The notes beneath the pieces are model-generated. The model was not told the origin of the DNA. It worked only from the letters and a program-made list of their open reading frames with translations, and did not search any database. From Botryllus schlosseri (lineage: Eukaryota), in NCBI GenBank assembly GCA_051294905.1, contig CM119372.1, forward strand, positions 2,048,001-2,112,000: 64,000 nt of DNA, read 5' to 3'. Shown here piece after piece: positions 59,853 through 64,000 of this stretch; positions within the stretch are counted from its first letter, which is position 1, and every line of letters begins with the position of its first letter. A program made the position numbers and the translations under genes.

Positions 59853-61055
59853 TATTGTTAGCAACACCTTAATTTGCAAACGATGAACTTGCCGAAATAA
59901 AGTAATTCGCCGATTGAGTGCAGTTCTAAACCGCTAAAATAACGGCTCTAGCTAACCTCCGGGTCACGACGACATAAGTTGACATATTCTATGTTCCCTT
60001 TGTTTTAGTCGTGGTTTGGGCTTAGCAAGTGAGCAACGAGTCGGGTGCTGGAATCCCAGTCGAGTATCAATTGGGATGATTAGACTCGCGTGGTTAGAGA
60101 CGATTTTTTCGAGCAATGAAATCACTCCACTAAGAATTAAATTATTGACCTAGAATTATAGTTCTGATGGTATTTTACCAACGTAGAGATCATGAAAGCT
60201 CAATTGGTCGTATGTCGTATGTCGTGTCACATAGGGTTGCATTTATAACAAAAATCAATTCAAAACAAATATGTATAAAAACAAGAACCTTGTTCAAAAC
60301 ATTTTTATTTTTATTTTTTACTTTTAGCCATGACATCACGAATCTTTACTTGTGACGGCACAGTGGATTGACAATTGGAAATGTAGGGTAAACATGGCTC
60401 CGTCGACGAAGAAGGGCTTCCGACCACTGTCATAAACAGGCCAAAAGCATCTTTAACTAGGACTACACCGTTATGCAGCATTTTTACGGTCGGCGGTCAT
60501 CATCATCAGGAAACCCATTCCGTACCAATGACCGATATCTACATGCTAGAACTGATGAACCAACGACGATTTCGAGAGTACCAGCGACCCCACATCGTAT
60601 ACGTCGACTATTTTGGGTGCAAATCGTCCGCAGGCTCATCATACTATATGGTTTTTCGGACGCATTTACACAATTATGGCATAATTGACAACGTTTGAAA
60701 ATAAATTGCTTTTGCAAAAAGGCATTTGGTCAAAAAATTGTTCAAAAAAAGTTTCAAACAGTTTTTTAAAACACCGTTTGTTTTAAATGCAACCCTAATC
60801 ACAGCAACCGAAACATGCATTACTAACGAAGCTGTACGCACGTTAGCGGAAATGACATTTCTGCAAGCTGCAGCATTGTCAGTTTTGTCGCAAAGTCCAA
60901 TGTAGTATTATGGTCGACGAAGTACCAAATTATCGTTATGTGGCGTAGGAATGGCATTATTGTTCTTTGTGGTCGCAGCAAAGGTACAGACACTACAGAT
61001 ACTAAGCGATGTACATTTGTACAATTGAGCATAGCATTCCACGTTGTGCAATAAC

Positions 61056-61544
61056 CAGTGATGAGCATCGGACTCGGATAAGATACGGATCGGGTTTTAC
61101 GCAATTTTGGGACAGCCGGATCGGATTCGGATTCTATTGCAAATTTTGTTTCGGAAATTTTCGGATAGTGTAACTTCTGCTTCGGATATTAGTGGATAGT
61201 TCTGACCAGACGTGACGTGATGTGATGTCATGCCAAAATAATAAAGGTCGTCAACCAAACACCAACAGTAAACACGTTGTTATAAAATTGGAGACACTCG
61301 TAAGTTGTTCGGCCAAAGGTCGAAGCAAATATATATCAGCTAACCTTAACCTAAAATCTACTCTCAGCTCAGCAGGATTCTTCGGCAAAGTTAGTCGATT
61401 CTGATTTTTCGGATTCTGGACGGCATTATTCGGATTCGCATGGACTTTTGGTTGATATTGTTCGGATTCGGACGGATAGATCCTCAAAGAGTCGAGGTGT
61501 CGGACAGATTCGGATTCTCAGAAAGCAATAACCGCTCATCACCG
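61056..61544. mobile_element. hAT-type MITE (TCGGAT repeats)
   Basis: CAGTGATGAGC...GCTCATCACCG; TSD GCAATAAC/GCAACAAC. Confidence 0.85.
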
Positions 61545-62293
61545 GCAACAACGCCGTCAAACCGCGACTACACCGAGTTCCTATACTTCTTAGTAGTTGC
61601 ATTGGCAACGTCGATGGCGAGACTTCTTATCAATAAAATCTGATATCGGACCAAGACAGCAATCTTGAATACCTGGAGGTGAATCAGGTGTCGTTACAAA
61701 TATTCATGTACAAAATCAGCATATACATACGATACTATGGTATCGTGAGCTCTCACACAACAGACTGGGCCAAATTATAATGCCAAAGAGCGGGCCGCAC
61801 ATCGTTCAAATTGGCGTTTGGGTTCACAATCTTTGTTTGCGGATCCCATTGCGCCCTTGCTCGCAGGTTGCACAATGCATTGCCCACTCCTGATGTAGAC
61901 TACAGAGTATAGATAAGTATACCGTTGATATATAATCAGACTGTGATTCTCTAGCAGACGGCATTGTATGGTCCACGAGTTTTCAAATTAGAATGCTGAT
62001 TCGACAGATTGCTATTTGCAGGTGGAGGGGCGGATAGTGTAATAGTCACGAGCCAGCTAGCTATACACGGTATTCAGAGTGCAGACTGCGCCCAAGTGTA
62101 ATGAAACTCGCACAGATGGTATGCATTCGCACGGATGGTCTACACGTCTTCATTAAGGGGTTGTTAATACGTACAATATGAGTGTATACCCCTGTATTAC
62201 TACCGTATTACTACTGTATTATTCATTTTTAGACTTATTTGACCAGCGATGTGCATATGCGTGTATAGTCATTTGTGATTTGTGATTACTGTA

Positions 62294-62708
62294 ATGAAGG
62301 AAGAACAGACGAACGGTAGCCACGAATCGACAAATGTAAACCACAGGAAAGCCCATGCTAACGATCGACCGAAGCTAAAAACTGAAAAAATATACAAAAG
62401 TCTCGTGTGTCCCGAGGATAACGGAATAGCAGAGAACTGCACTACGGGAGCCGACACAAGCGCCAACTGCAACCACTGCAGTAACTGTAATGGTTCATGC
62501 TGCGAGAATGGTGTATGTGAACAGTCGCGACGGACCAAATCAACGCGATGCGACACTGAGAAAGTGCCATCAGATGCTTGCTGTGCGGATAAAAAGAAGA
62601 AGAATATATTGTTTAGAAAATCAACAAATTTATTCGTGTCGGGGATATGCATGCTTGCCGTGACGGGCGTATCTATTGCGGATATTGCGACGGATGTCTT
62701 AACGGCTC
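62294..62708 (+). CDS. First coding exon of a membrane protein with a Cys-rich N-terminus, possibly XK-related
   Basis: ATG 62294, hydrophobic segment ending ADIATDVLTA (resembles the XKR first-TM motif DxxTD), strong donor GTAAGT at 62709; downstream exons not identified. Confidence 0.45.
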
Positions 62709-64000
62709 GTAAGTATCTTAGTACTATCTGGACAGTGTGCGTGGACTTGGTCAACTAGATAATTCTAGTGGTATAATTATACAAATTAGAGCGAAATAAC
62801 GGTAGTCTAATTCTAATCTAATTTGTGAAATCGTTCTATGCTCAAATGTTAATTTCTAAATCATGGTTTTCCTGGAAATTATACAAGAGAGAGAGAGAGA
62901 GCCGTGAAGTGCGAAACGAGCCCAAGCTTGGTGTATGGGCAATTGGGCATTTGTCATATTCAAATTCTATGTTTCCGTAAATCCGGTGATTTTAATTCTA
63001 ATCAAATTTCAAAAAAAAATGTGTTCCTATAATTCTAATTCTGATTCTCAAATTCGATGTTGTCGCGACTTCAGTGATTCTAATTCTAATGTAATTTGGA
63101 AAAAAACTGTGTAGCTCGCTAGCTCCTATATCATTCTAATTCTAATCCAAGTTAGAAATGCTGAAAATATATATGTATAAAATATATATAAAATTTATAA
63201 ATATGCATGTCAATTGACCAAGCATTCGGTATTGATATGCCCCGTCGTCGAAATGGCCGGCACCGAATAGTCCCGTTCTTGCAATCTGAGCCCCGCTGTA
63301 AAAATGCGACACGCAGAGCAGAATTGTGCACACCAATTTGAAATCGAGTGGATCACACAGAACTGCGTTGGGTACAATTGGCTGCCCGCGCGTTCTCTAT
63401 TTCATACATGCCCGTAATATCATCATCAGCATCATTGGTTTATTAGCTATTCTATCAGTTCAATACACCACAAAATGCGATACAATGAAAAGATAGGAAG
63501 GTGTCGAAACGACTTGGAGTAGTCTATGGACTCAGACACCCGTAGCATAACGTAATAACGTAGCATACTAAGATCAAATTGCATTCACTTCGATTTGTGA
63601 CGCTTGTGTTGCGAGATGCTAATGAAAATTAGATTTAGGTCGCGGTCTAAAACAAGACTGCTATATAATGATGCTTTCAAGTTTCAAGTAGAATCCAGTC
63701 ACGGACCGGATGATGTGGGTGGAGGAATATTGATGCCTAATCGTCAGATTTTGGGGCACTCCATTAACGATTGTCACGCTCCTCATGGTCGCTATTGTGA
63801 CGTAGGATCAATTAACGACAATACACTGTTGTTGGCTCGCTACACCCACTTAACCGAATAAATCGCTTTCACAGTTTTAATCCGCGACAATCAAGTGCGG
63901 GAAGAGGTGCCGTCGCTATGGTTTCGTGTTCACTTATCATCATTGAAATTGGTGCGAAACGAAGCATGTAGCACGTTTTTGTGTAACATTGTATGCTCAA

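Noticed and set aside
63604..63861. Second exon of the XK-like gene
   Set aside because: No phase-compatible acceptor giving a recognisable transmembrane continuation.

Overview
AT-rich, intron-containing animal genomic DNA. Short introns, the gene set and an orphan 7TM gene suggest an invertebrate chordate such as a tunicate (inference only). Host genes I could splice in frame by hand: a secreted protein made of four CysD/WxxW domains (+, 0.3-5.4 kb), TMEM241 (+), NADH-cytochrome b5 reductase (-), a 16-exon merlin/NF2 (-, 24.2-41.3 kb), an intronless orphan 7TM (-), an unrecognised short-intron gene candidate (+, ~21.3-22.2 kb) and the first exon of a possible XK-related gene. The most striking object is a 4.2-kb Penelope-like retroelement (RT + GIY-YIG) inserted as one near-perfect palindrome: 2055-bp arms, 59-bp spacer, 11-12-bp target duplication, and a 38-nt tail on one side only. 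Each arm ends in a pseudoknotted minimal hammerhead ribozyme. It is nested in a hAT-type MITE just upstream of the CYB5R start codon. A 180-bp miniature with the same asymmetric palindrome design, and further hammerhead-bearing ends, lie in NF2 introns, some directly against splice sites. Also present: a near-intact Ty3/Gypsy element, many nested hAT-like MITEs (8-bp TSD), two fold-back MITEs with 7-bp TSD, tRNA-derived SINEs and LINE 3' fragments. Coordinates were counted by eye; repeat boundaries without a TSD are approximate.
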